Assembly (NCBI GenBank): GCA_020184695.1
Contig: JAANOX010000211.1
Location: 10,815-74,814, forward strand
Length of the DNA stretch: 64,000 nt
Direction of reading: 5' to 3'
Origin: Histomonas meleagridis 2922-C6/04-290x
Lineage: Eukaryota; Protista; Parabasalia
The stretch's first letter is position 1, and each line of letters begins with the position of its first letter. The notes under the pieces were generated by a model. That model worked only from the letters and a program-made list of their open reading frames with translations, ran no database searches and was not told the origin of the DNA. Made by a program: the position numbers and the translations under genes. This document shows, one piece after another, positions 9,478 to 21,700 of the stretch.

Positions 9478-11898
9478 TTATATTTGCTCCATATTTACTT
9501 CAGTTAAGTTTCTTTTCAACATAAGTGAATTTTCGTATTCCTCGATTCTTCTTTTGTTTTCCATTATCATTTGTGCCTCATTTAGCATACTCATCACCAA
9601 ATCCTTTTGATCTTTACTTTCGTTTTTGAACAAAATATTTAATATTTTATCGCATTCTGTCTCTGCAAATGTCGGTACACACGTAATTCCAACGTTATAC
9701 AATAGGCGTGCGTAACTCTTTTTACATGATGGAATTTGCATTAAGTCCAAAAGTTCATTTTTCACCGATAATTCCAATCTTTTCCTGAATCCACTTAGAG
9801 CTCCTGCTAATATGAAAAATCCGATTAATTCGCAAAAATTCATTAATTGTCCTGAGAATGTTACAGAGTTTTGTTGTAATGATTGTAATATTCCGCGATC
9901 AATTTCGAACATAATTTCAATATCTTTTAATGGCGTTTCATTTATCATTTCGAACATTATAGCAGCAGCATATATTCTATCTAATTCGATATCAATTTTT
10001 TTATTTTCTTTATACCCTAATGTAAATATTTTTTGGATTTCAATTCTTGATAAATGTAATGCGATTTCGATTGTATGCATATGTTTATCAATAATTTTAT
10101 CCCATTTTTGATCTTTATAAGAAGGCGTCCTAAATCCAATATCAGTTGGCATACATAGATATAAAAGATGTAAGTCATCTTTTATAGATAAATCTGTAGT
10201 TCGAATGACTCTATCATATAAATTTAACCCTTCATCAATCCCAAGATTTACTCTTGAAATTGCTATTCCGAGTTGTGTAGGTTTATCATTTATTAATAAT
10301 CCTTTCTCTGTAAGTCTTTGTATTGATTCAATTCTTCTAATTTCTATTTCTTGTTCATTTATAAGATTCGAACAATAATTATATGTTTGTCGGATAAAAT
10401 CTGATGAATCTGGGAAAAAACAAATACATTGAAGATAATATCGATCAAATTCTGTTTCATTAAGTAAATATGAATTTAATTTTCCCATTTCTTGTTTGGA
10501 AAGTTCTTTAATTAAATTACTTTCTTCATTTTCTTTATGTTGAATTATAATTACTTTGCCAGGATTATCAGATGTACGTCCTGCTCTACCACCCATTTGA
10601 TTATATTGATCTGGTGTTAACGAAATATTTTTAAAATTTTCTTTCCGAAAAACATTATAAATAATAACAGTAGAAACACTATTAATGTTAATACCGGCAG
10701 AAAGTGTTGTTGTTGCAACAATAATATTAAGTATTCCATTTTTGATCCCATATTCGATGAGTGATCGTTCTTGTAATAGAAGTCCTGCACTATGGAAACA
10801 AACACCTTTAAGAATGCATGCTTCCATTAGACTATCAGTATCGAAATCTTTGACTCTTTTAAGTTTCTCAATTAATAATTTACGTTGTTCAATAACTTCT
10901 GGTGTTGGCTCTGGTAAATGTCTTTTTTGAAGAAATTCATTTGAATATAACTTTGTGGCTATAAGTCTTGAAATATCTCGTGTTTCCTTTCGTGAATTAA
11001 CAAATATTAAGACAGTGTTTTTAGGCTTTTGGCGAATGGTATCTGCAACTAAAGGTAATATATGATTAGTATCTGTATGTATTGATTCTAATTTAGGTCC
11101 AAATTGAATAAAGTTTCCATCTTGAATTTTATGAAGATGTCCATCTGGTGATTTAATATATTGTGCAATACAACTTGGACGCGAAGCATTTTGATAACAA
11201 AATCCATTTAACCATTTAGCTAATTGAAATGCATCATCATGTCTTAATGTTGCTGATAATCCAATAATTCGTGGTTGGTTTGTAAGAAGTTTTACTTTTG
11301 ATATTATAGCTTCAATTGTAGCACCACGTGATGGTTTACCCATCATATGAATTTCATCAATTATTACTAATTTAATCTTTGAAATATAATTATTCTTTAT
11401 GGCACAATTAATCAAAGTATGTGCTTTTTCGAAGGTACATACAGCAATATGACCACTATTAAATTCATAACCAAGATTTGAAAAAAATGGACGAACAACA
11501 AATTTTCGAAATCTTTTCTTAAACTCTTCATATTTTTCTGAAGCTAATGAAACAAAAGGTAAACAATATAAAGCTTTTGCGTTTGGATTTTTTTCAAGTA
11601 ATTGAGCTATAGCTACTTCAGCAGCGACCGTTTTTCCTCCAGCTGTTGGAACTAAAACAACGCAATTTTTTTCACTTTTCCAATCTTCATTCGAAAATAA
11701 CTCATATTGCCAATTCCTAAGAGAATTGATAGCTGGTGGTGGATCACCTTTGACATAAGATTCTTGTAAAAATTTTGGAATCCCAACAGATTCCATTTCT
11801 TGATTAAAAACTTTCTTTGTCTGTGACGGGTTGAAGTAATAATCGGAAGAAGATGGGTCTAAATCGAAGAAATCATCGCTTTCTTGAGCTATCAGCAT
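9478..11898 (-). CDS. HELQ: Ski2-like SF2 DNA helicase, HELQ/POLQ-helicase family, no polymerase domain
   Basis: PTAGGKT, DEIH, SAT, FHSAGL, TTTLSAGIN, QMGGRAGR motifs; HELQ-like C-terminal region. Confidence 0.8.
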   Translation of the reverse strand: MLIAQESDDFFDLDPSSSDYYFNPSQTKKVFNQEMESVGIPKFLQESYVKGDPPPAINSLRNWQYELFSNEDWKSEKNCVVLVPTAGGKTVAAEVAIAQLLEKNPNAKALYCLPFVSLASEKYEEFKKRFRKFVVRPFFSNLGYEFNSGHIAVCTFEKAHTLINCAIKNNYISKIKLVIIDEIHMMGKPSRGATIEAIISKVKLLTNQPRIIGLSATLRHDDAFQLAKWLNGFCYQNASRPSCIAQYIKSPDGHLHKIQDGNFIQFGPKLESIHTDTNHILPLVADTIRQKPKNTVLIFVNSRKETRDISRLIATKLYSNEFLQKRHLPEPTPEVIEQRKLLIEKLKRVKDFDTDSLMEACILKGVCFHSAGLLLQERSLIEYGIKNGILNIIVATTTLSAGININSVSTVIIYNVFRKENFKNISLTPDQYNQMGGRAGRTSDNPGKVIIIQHKENEESNLIKELSKQEMGKLNSYLLNETEFDRYYLQCICFFPDSSDFIRQTYNYCSNLINEQEIEIRRIESIQRLTEKGLLINDKPTQLGIAISRVNLGIDEGLNLYDRVIRTTDLSIKDDLHLLYLCMPTDIGFRTPSYKDQKWDKIIDKHMHTIEIALHLSRIEIQKIFTLGYKENKKIDIELDRIYAAAIMFEMINETPLKDIEIMFEIDRGILQSLQQNSVTFSGQLMNFCELIGFFILAGALSGFRKRLELSVKNELLDLMQIPSCKKSYARLLYNVGITCVPTFAETECDKILNILFKNESKDQKDLVMSMLNEAQMIMENKRRIEEYENSLMLKRNLTEVNMEQI

Positions 11899-11927
11899 TA
11901 GAATTTGATGGCGCCAAATTTGAATTT

Positions 11928-11935
11928 AAACCGCC
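11928..11935 (-). promoter_or_regulatory. M3-like core promoter motif GGCGGTTT
   Basis: Matches the trichomonad M3 consensus DRCSGYTD, about 30 nt upstream of the helicase ATG. Confidence 0.35.
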
Positions 11936-12029
11936 ACATCAAAAATTTTTTTCAGCAAAAGCGAGTGAAGTGAAATTCACTTGATTAATTTAAACACAAT
12001 TTTAATGAAATTTCACATGTTTACAAAAT

Positions 12030-14177
12030 TTATTTTTTAGCAAGCTCTTTGCATATTTCATGGTATCGTTGTGCAGCATTAGAAATTCTATTTGCTTTTA
12101 TCTCCATTTCATTTAATGTTTCTCCTCTTTTTTGAGCTGTCACCAAAATTTGTTGCATTAATTCTTTTGTTTCAGAAAGTTTTGATGCTTCGAATTGTGA
12201 TCTTTTATGTTGGAAAGCTTCGTCTGTATCTTTTAGATTTGCTTCTTTTGCGCCTAAAAGTTTCTTAAAAGCTCCAACTTTAGGTAATTTAAGTTGTGGA
12301 ACATTAGGATCATAAATTGGTTTCGAGGTATAATTTTTAAGAAATACAAATACTTTTCCTTTTTCAAACAAAAACAAACCTTTATGAGGAATTAAGCATA
12401 TTTTTGCATCTGGCGAATATGACATATTAAATAATGGTGAATAAGAAATATCTGGTAAAGCGATTATTTGTATCGATTTATCAAGTTTTAACAAAAGTGA
12501 TCCCCATTCTGTTATTGTTGCATCTAATATATGTCCTGGCGATTCTTTTCTGGCTCTTTTAAGTTTTTCATTTTCAATCACAAATAAGTAAACGTTCATT
12601 TCTGTAACGATCAAAATAAACGGTCCCTCTTTATTTGTTTTTCCATTTTCGCAAATTGGTTCAAATAAAATAATTTTTTCTTCTTTTTCATATATTTCTA
12701 TTTTTGATTTCTTTAATATTAATTCATTTTTATTTGTTATTAATATTTTGGTATCTTTATAGTCACGCCACATAATAATATCTTCAGAAGGATAAAAGTT
12801 ATCATCTTCAACTTTTTCACAAACAAATTCATCTTTTGTAATATCAATTTTCATTATTACATTATCCTTACAACGAAAACTTATAATTGATTCTGATATA
12901 TTAATTAATGAATATTCTTCAGAAAGAATTTGTTGACTTTCTAAAGTTTTGATGTCTTTAATTAAAATCGATTTTGTTTCTGAATCTTGTACAAGAACTT
13001 TATTATTTTTCATGGCTAAAGGAATTCCAAATTTATTTTCGATGATACCATTAAAATATATTTGATCAAAATCAAGAATTTTTTCTTCGCTAAATATATA
13101 AAAATGTTCATTATCTTCAAATATTTTCAAAGGATTTATTTCTTCTGTGAAAAAATAGTTTTCTTGACGTCCATCAAGGAATATAAGTTTACCATTTTCT
13201 GTTACAAACGCAACAAATTCAGGATTCGCTCTATGATAAAAATCTTCGTATTGTATAATACATCCAGGAACTAATAAGTTTTCATTATCTAATGAAATTT
13301 TCTCTTCTCCTTTAAAGAAAATTTTGTCCCCATTATCAGAATGAAATATTGTGACCCAATCTTTTTTGGTAATAATTCCCGAAAAAACCGCCGAACTGCC
13401 TTCAATTGGTGTCACTTTTTGCACTTTTTTATTTCCTTTGATGAGGCGTGGTGTATTATCTTTATCAATTATTGCAGCAAACCCATCCAAAAGATCAAAT
13501 GTTTTTGCTTTTTCATTGCAATAATCGTTCATGTACATGGTTTGAATATCTATTGAATTGATCTTTTCATGTGTTACATAAAAAACCATGTTAGATTCCG
13601 AGAAAACTGAAGTTGCTGGTTTCCCTTCGAAGATGTTAATGTATAAATTTGTGAATTTTAGTTCTTCTATCGAATAACCATATAATGAACCGTTATCAGT
13701 TAAAATCATTGCAAAGTTTGGATGTGTTGGGGAAATTGCAAAATCTATAATGTTGAATTGTATTTTATTCACTCTTGGTTCAATTTCATCTGTCCGAATA
13801 ATCCAATGAACAACAATAGAAAGTGATTTAGATGGATCAATTTCTTTAAACTTAGAAGCTTTTCTATTTGTAGCAGAATAAGGATGATTTTTTAGCATAT
13901 ATGGACTACAAGCTGAAAAAAATGAAGAAGTATTTGGAAGTGCTAAAATTTTACAAACGGGAAAATATGTTGTAGATTCCGAAGCATAATAATGTTTCTC
14001 ATTGTTAAAAATATAAAGTTTACCATTTGCTGTTCCCATTGCAATTAATTGGAATCTTGGTTCAAATGCAATTGCTGTAATTTCTGTTTCAATCGAAAGA
14101 GGAAATAACATTAATTTTGAAGATTCTTGTTCATCTGTTGGTTTTGGAAGTTTGGTTCCAAACAACCTTGAAAGCAT
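12030..14177 (-). CDS. Tomosyn/Lgl/Sro7-like WD40 protein with C-terminal R-SNARE motif
   Basis: N-terminal AIAFEPRFQLIAMGT WD repeat; C-terminal QKRGETLNEMEIKANRISNAAQRY with layer-0 Arg and no TM. Confidence 0.7.
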   Translation of the reverse strand: MLSRLFGTKLPKPTDEQESSKLMLFPLSIETEITAIAFEPRFQLIAMGTANGKLYIFNNEKHYYASESTTYFPVCKILALPNTSSFFSACSPYMLKNHPYSATNRKASKFKEIDPSKSLSIVVHWIIRTDEIEPRVNKIQFNIIDFAISPTHPNFAMILTDNGSLYGYSIEELKFTNLYINIFEGKPATSVFSESNMVFYVTHEKINSIDIQTMYMNDYCNEKAKTFDLLDGFAAIIDKDNTPRLIKGNKKVQKVTPIEGSSAVFSGIITKKDWVTIFHSDNGDKIFFKGEEKISLDNENLLVPGCIIQYEDFYHRANPEFVAFVTENGKLIFLDGRQENYFFTEEINPLKIFEDNEHFYIFSEEKILDFDQIYFNGIIENKFGIPLAMKNNKVLVQDSETKSILIKDIKTLESQQILSEEYSLINISESIISFRCKDNVIMKIDITKDEFVCEKVEDDNFYPSEDIIMWRDYKDTKILITNKNELILKKSKIEIYEKEEKIILFEPICENGKTNKEGPFILIVTEMNVYLFVIENEKLKRARKESPGHILDATITEWGSLLLKLDKSIQIIALPDISYSPLFNMSYSPDAKICLIPHKGLFLFEKGKVFVFLKNYTSKPIYDPNVPQLKLPKVGAFKKLLGAKEANLKDTDEAFQHKRSQFEASKLSETKELMQQILVTAQKRGETLNEMEIKANRISNAAQRYHEICKELAKK

Positions 14178-14242
14178 CCCAAAAATTTGACAAATTCAAA
14201 AAATTCATTTCTTTATTTCTTAACGTGCTCCTGAAAACGTTG

Positions 14243-14836
14243 CTAGCAACAACCACCTCCATCATCAGCTTCATCATCACCGACAATATCTATTACATCT
14301 GGTCTCACATGTGCTTCAAGAGATTGTATAATTTCTGCGCTATTTACAATTTCTTGAAATAACTCCATGATGCCTTCACCGGTTAAAGCAGATGTTTCTT
14401 TATACATAATTGCACCAATCTCTTGAGCATATCTATCACCAGTTGCAAACGAAATTACACGATTTTGCACAAGATCAATTTTGTTTCCTATCAAAATCTT
14501 AATGACATTTTCTGCTTTTTGATCAACCAACTCATTGAATTCTTCAAGTGCATTGAGGCTATTTTGATTTGTTACATCAAAAACAATAAAAGCTAAAGCT
14601 GCATTCTGATAATAAATTGGCATCAACGTTCTGTAAGCTTCATGTCCAGCGGTATCCCAAACAGAGAATGTAATGGCTGAATCATCATTTGTTTTTACTT
14701 TCAGATCGAAATTAGCGCATCCCACTGTTGGTGAATATTTTTCTTTATATGTTTGTTCTAGTGCATATCTGATTATTGATGACTTGCCAACGCCAGCATC
14801 TCCAACTAAGATTAACTTTATTTTCCCCAATTTCAT
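14243..14836 (-). CDS. Rab GTPase
   Basis: GDAGVGKS, WDTAGHE, NKID, ETSA, C-terminal CC. Confidence 0.93.
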   Translation of the reverse strand: MKLGKIKLILVGDAGVGKSSIIRYALEQTYKEKYSPTVGCANFDLKVKTNDDSAITFSVWDTAGHEAYRTLMPIYYQNAALAFIVFDVTNQNSLNALEEFNELVDQKAENVIKILIGNKIDLVQNRVISFATGDRYAQEIGAIMYKETSALTGEGIMELFQEIVNSAEIIQSLEAHVRPDVIDIVGDDEADDGGGCC

Positions 14837-15723
14837 ATATTTTGGTGTTATGTTTATGACATTTTCCAGCTCTGAAAATTGAATGCATTTAAATTGAGAA
14901 CATAACCGTCATAAATGTCAAAATATTTTCATCAAATTTTTTTTTTTTTTAATGTTCTGCTTATTGTTTTTAAATTTCAAGAGAGAAAAGTTCGACAAAA
15001 GCATAAGGAAAATGATTTATGAAATTATTTTTAATCATATTATCAATAAATACAAGATAAAAAGATTTTTAAAAAATGACCTCACATCCATAATCATGCT
15101 TTTTTGAATTAAAAATAATTATTTTGTTGGTTCTTACGACTTTTTGTATGAACGATACATTCAATTTTTTTGGATGAAAATATGGCATGCCAACCAGCCG
15201 CTAATATTTTCACATTGAAAATCCGTTATTTGTGATTTCAATGAACTTTTATTTCTATTATCAAGTTACTTCAACTCCCAAAAAAACAATTTTTTTTTCC
15301 CCCATTCAACATGTAAGTATTTAATAAATTATACGATAATTTATATTTTTAATCAGAAAATTTTATAAACTCATGAAATATATTTTTGAATCGATTTTTT
15401 TGAAAAATTTATTTTTTCCGATCGTTCATGATTAATTTATGATGATATTGTATTTGAGAACCTGAAACCCATTAGAAAAAAAAATTCATTCAAATTTTTC
15501 AAATTTTTCAATTTTTTCTCCCATTTTTTTAAAAATTGATGTAAAAAATTATACAAAGTGGCTACCTGGTTTATTTTAGATATTTATTTTTAGCATAACT
15601 TAGAATCGTTGATTTATAAATTATATTAAAAAATGAAAACAAAAATGTTTTATTTGATCACATTCATGTAGTGCATTGGAATCCCAAAATATTATTTTAA
15701 ATATTAAAGATAAAATTTTTTAT

Positions 15724-18700
15724 TTATTTCTTTTCATTATTTATATGTTTAAAAGGCATCATCAAAACTTTACCATCCAAAGTACCCAAAATCAAAGCCA
15801 ACGGCTTCTTCATCAACGACATTCTTGTAATTATGAAATCGACATCATCCAATTTCCAAATTTCATCCAAATTATCCACTTTTAATATGACCAATTTTTT
15901 ATTTTTCAATGCAACGAACAAATATTCCTCTCCATTAATATTATCCACTTTACACCAGCATTGGATTTGTGTTTCAATTCGTTTGTTTAATATCAAATTT
16001 AAGTTTTGATCGAATACACAAATGATCGAATTATCAGCGGAAACAAAGTTTATCACTATGTTTCCACTATTAAATATTTGTATATTATTTGGTTGCCCGA
16101 ATTCATTACAATTAATTTTCTTAATGAATATACCTTGGATTAATGAAGAAACAACAATTTCTCCAATATTTGAACAACTTACACATAAATCAGATTCTTC
16201 ATTAATTTCGACGCAATTAATGAAACTTTTATGTTTTGTAATAATACCAAAAGGAATTTGTGTACTTGAAGTTGATAATCTCCAAATAATTAATGTACAA
16301 TCCATTGAAGTAGTGACATAAAAATGTTCACTCATAGCTATAGCAGTAATTCGTTGTGTATGAATTCGTTTTATACAAAATGGAATTCCTTTTTCATTAG
16401 ATAATGTTATAGCGAAATCCCAAGGATTCGCAGTTATTATAATATTTGATTTCATTTGTATTAATTTTGTCATTTGATTAATTTCATTTTCTTCAATCAT
16501 TTTATTTAACATTAATTGATACATTGTTAATTTATTTGATTTTAAGTCATAATAAAATAATTCAAGATAACTATTAACAAATATTATATTATCTCCATAA
16601 TGATCGATAGCTAAAATTGATTTATTATTCGAATTAAATAATGAAAATAATTGTTTTGAGAATAAATTAATATTAAAATCATTTTGTTCTTTCGAATTAT
16701 GAGGCTCTTTAAATAATTGTATTGGTGCTTGACCAAAACATGCAGCATATTCACGTATGAATTGAAGTCTTTCAGGATTATTTAAGACTTCTTCAGTAAT
16801 ACTTGTATCAAAGAAATAAGGAGAGAATACATTATTCACTAAGAATGCATCATTACCACGTGAATTATACCCAAATATTAAATCAATCCAACGTGGTAAC
16901 ATAGCAGATACATAAGGACATTCAAGTGCTTCTCGATGTTTCTTAATGAATTCTTCGGGTGTTTTAGCCCAATTAGGTAATTCTACATTTGGATTTTCTA
17001 ATCCTAAATCAAAATCATTAGAATTAACTAAGAAATCAGGGAAATAAAAGAATTCCGGTATTAATTCTCTGAAATCCATTGGAGTTTTAACTACTGATTT
17101 CCAAGCTTTCTTAATTGAAGTAAATAATCTTGTAGATAAATCAAATCGACCACTTTGTAATTCGATATGTAAAGAAGCAAAAGGTTCAACACGTATTAAA
17201 TAACCTATGACTACAGCAGAAGAAGAATAAAATGAAGCATAAAGATATTTCGATTCATCTAAATCATTATTATTATTCATTCTATTTAACATTAATTCTA
17301 ATCTTTCTTCATCTAATGCACCTATAGGTGAAGATAAATCTCGAAATGTTTTAGGATCATTTAAATCTAATTCTTCACTTTCATAGTCAGAAATAATCCA
17401 AGGAAATATTGGATATTGACCTAAATCATTATAACTTCGACCTGCTAATACATTAATTTTCATTAAATAATCAAAGTTCGAGATTTCATTATTAATCCAT
17501 TTAGTATTAATTTCAGTAAGTAATGGTATTATATCATTATCACATTTTTGTAAGAATTTCAAATTAATTAAATTTAATTTTGTTAATTCATCTAAAACAT
17601 TATTTCTTTGACTAGATACAAAATCTATGAAATATGATCTTTTTTCAACAGTAAATATTTCGATTGCAGTATCCATTAATAAATAATGTCTAGTAAAAAT
17701 TGTTTCGATTGAATTTAATAAAATTTTCACGTTTTTATTTGAATCATTAGCTTGAAATATTAAATAAACTTTTGTAATTAATAATACGCCACTATAAACT
17801 TTTTTCATTGTAACTAAATTAGCATCAACTTTTAATATAATATTATTATTATTAAAATAAACTATACCATCTTGACATTCATCTTCATTATTATCTTGAT
17901 CATTTAATGTAATTACTGATTGATCACCATTAAATTCACTCATTCTAAGTTGTTTCAAATGTTCATTATATAATTGTTCTACATTTTCAATTTTCCCGAC
18001 ATCTCTCATTAATGAAGCATCTTTATGATCTTTATATTTTGTATTAATTATCATTCTACTCCTTCGATTTGATGATAAAATAACTTTTGATAATTTATAA
18101 TGTAATTTTTTAGTGTTTTCTAATGGTGACCATGGCCCATCTTCATTAGATAAAGAATTCCATATTTGATGATATAATTTTTGTCCTTCTCTTTGACTAT
18201 TACGAATAGATGCAGAGAATTGATGTAATTGTAAATAAATTTGTTTCTTTTTATTAGTTAAATCAGAATATGAATCAACTTGATTTAATTTATCAAAGTG
18301 TGAACTAATTTTTCCATTCTTTTGTGCTATAGTTTGTAATGTTTTATAATTTGATTTTTGTAATTTTATAGCTTGATTTATCATTAATTTTTCATTTTCT
18401 TGGAATTTTTCTATAAAATAATGTATGAAATTATAAGGATTTTTATCTAAGAATTTATTTAAATCTTGTACAGTTTTCCCAAAATTAATAAATAATTTAA
18501 ATTTATTAGAAATTAAATTTTTATAATTTCGTGTAAATTGTATTAATACATCTTCAATTAAATTATTACGATTATTTAAAAATGATTTACAAATTCCTGA
18601 ATATACATTAATAAATGATTGAATATGTATATCTTTAAGATTATCATTTGGTATTAAATTAAATATAGATTTAATATAAGGTAAAAATAAATCAAAATGA

Positions 18701-21700
18701 ATCGAATGACTTAAACCTATACCTAATATAAATGTATATATAAATAATGGATGAAAAGTTTCATATTTTTCATGGAATATTTGTGGCATTAATCGTAATA
18801 CACTTAAAACTCTTTGAGCTAATTCTGCATCATACCAAATACCATCACAAGAAGTACGTGTACTATAAATCATTTCAATATTTGGTGCTGTAGATATCCA
18901 TTTAATACGATGTAAATCTTGGAAATTTGTATTTTTATTTTCATTTTGTATTTGTATGAATTCAGGTAAAAATGATTGTGATGCATCATTTAAAAAGAAT
19001 AAATATTCAAATATCTTATTAAGAATTAAATAACAATTAATATATGAAATTTTCCTTTGTTGACTATTAGGATAAAGGATAAATTTATCAATAAAATCAT
19101 TAAATAACATTCTTAATATATGTGAAAAATCTTGTGAACTTTGTGAAGAGAATAAATTTATATATAAAACTAAATTTGTTATTATCGGTTTACCTATTTG
19201 TGCAGCTATACCATATAATTGTGTTAATGTATATAAACATATTGAAGAAGCTTTATCACAATTACTTTGAGGATTAGGCATTTTATGCATTAAAAACATA
19301 ACAAAGAATAAATCCCAATTAGGATTAGTATTCATAAATTGTATTGGATCTAATGATATAGATCGATCTAAATATAATAAATATTTACATGTAACATCTT
19401 CATTTAAGTCACATATAGTTAAAAATGCTAATGGAAACAAATATCGTGCAATGAAATATGTACCACTTGAAATATTATTTAATTTTGATATTCGTGTTAT
19501 AGGCATTACATCAGATCGTTTCAAATCAAATAAACCAAACATATAACCAAAGATTATATCAGCTAAAATTGTTGTAACCTTATTTAAATTAATCGATGAT
19601 ATAATTCCTGCGACCCATTCATTTAATGTATAAGGTTTTAATAAAGATTTTCGTTGATCTTTATTTAAATATTGGATTAACATAAAGATATGAATACATT
19701 GAGCTTTAATAATTTCATTTTCTGATATTAATAAAGGGAAAAATGTTTCAAATGTTAATTTATGTGTAATAAATGCTCGAATTAATGTTTGATCATGATT
19801 CCGAAATAAATGAATTAAAAATGATAATGTTTCAATTGTTAATTCAGGATCATTTTGATCAAATGATAATATACATAAAGTCGTAGCACTTGAATAATTA
19901 AATGAACGTTGAAATACTAAATAAGCTAATTTCCAAAATTTATCTCTAATTTGAACTAATGATTCAGGTCGTTTACCTTCTATTTCTTTTGTAGCTTTAT
20001 TAACTTTTGGTTTACTACATAAACAAATTTTAGGATCTGAAAAATTCGACCAAAAGAATACTCTCATTAAATATAAAATTCTTACAAATGGTATAGTTCT
20101 AATGAACCATTGTTTTCTTTCTTCTGTAGAAGTTTCGAATATTTCAATTAAAGAATTATATACATTATATTGTAAATCCAAAGGTAAATAAATCCATAAT
20201 CTAATATCTAAGAATATATATTCTAACATTTGACATGCCAAATTCGGTATTAATATTTCTTTATACATTCGTTTTAATAATTCAATAACTTGTATAGTAA
20301 TATTTTGTAATTTACATCTAAATAATAAATGACCTATAACTTGAAATCCTTTAATAGAACAAAAATCTTCTTGATTAGAAATTGATCCTCTTAAATAAGC
20401 GGTAAATATTTGTATCAAAAATGGTAAATATACTGGGTTAACTTCATAATTAATTGGTTCATTTTCTTTAGGCATTAAAGGTTGATCTATTTGAGCTATT
20501 AAAGGGAATAATACTGATGGACCTCCTATTGATCTTAATATAGATTTAGCTTGTGGTGAATAACCAAATATTTCACCAAATACTTGAAGTGTTTGATAAG
20601 AAGTTGAAACATTTGCTAAGTTAATTGATGTATTTTTAATTGATATTGCTGGATTATATAAATATATCGAATGAGAAAACATTTCGGAATTAAATATTGG
20701 AAATGATTCATAAAGATGATCAGATATTTCAGCAGGTGAAAATGATGTAATTACAGTTTTAGGTATATCAGCTAATATTCGTATTAATTGTGAAGTTAAT
20801 GGAATCCTTATAAATCCAAAATTACCGATATCGCAATTTATTTCATTAGCTATATATGAATTCCTTAAAGTTCCTTGGAAATGGAATTGTCTAATCTTTA
20901 AATTAGCTTGTTCTTTACCATGTACATATAAATTTAAATAAGATTTACAAAATGTTATACATATATGTGTCCAAACTTTAGGTGGAAATACATAATTAAA
21001 ATAACCTTGTTGAGGTATATCATTTAAATTAGTACCAATTTCAAAATATAATAAATTATTTTTGAAATATAATTTAAAATATGTATTTAATGAATCAGAA
21101 ATATAAAATAAAATTTTCCCATTAGTTTTACTTTCATTTAAAATTATATTAATGAAAAATGTAAATGAATCAATGATTTGAATATTTGGTATTTCAGGTA
21201 AAGTTAAATAAGTTTTTTTACCATTTAAATGATAAAATGAAGGTGGTGCATCATAAGGTGTTTGAAATATTAATAATAAAGTCCTTAATAAATCAAATGA
21301 AAAATATGGTTTGAAGTTACCAGATAATGTTGAAAAGTTATGGAAAAATGCAATTATATCTTTACCTTTCATTGAAAATGAAGATAAATATGATAATAAA
21401 TTTAATAAAAGATCAAATGTTGAATTTGGTTCAGTAATAGTTCGATATTCTTCAAATGATTTAATTAACATTGAAGGAAAACTACTGCTATTCACTTCTA
21501 AAGCAGAATGATTATCTTCTTCACAACATTTTTGTATATATTCGATGAATTTAATGAATTTTTCATTATAAGGTTTTAATAATTGATAAATTAATGTTAA
21601 AGGTGTTGCATTAATAATTGGATGAATTTCTTCAAATGAAATTTGATCAATTCCAAAAATTATTGTCCATAATTTATTCATAAATTCTTCATTAATTCCA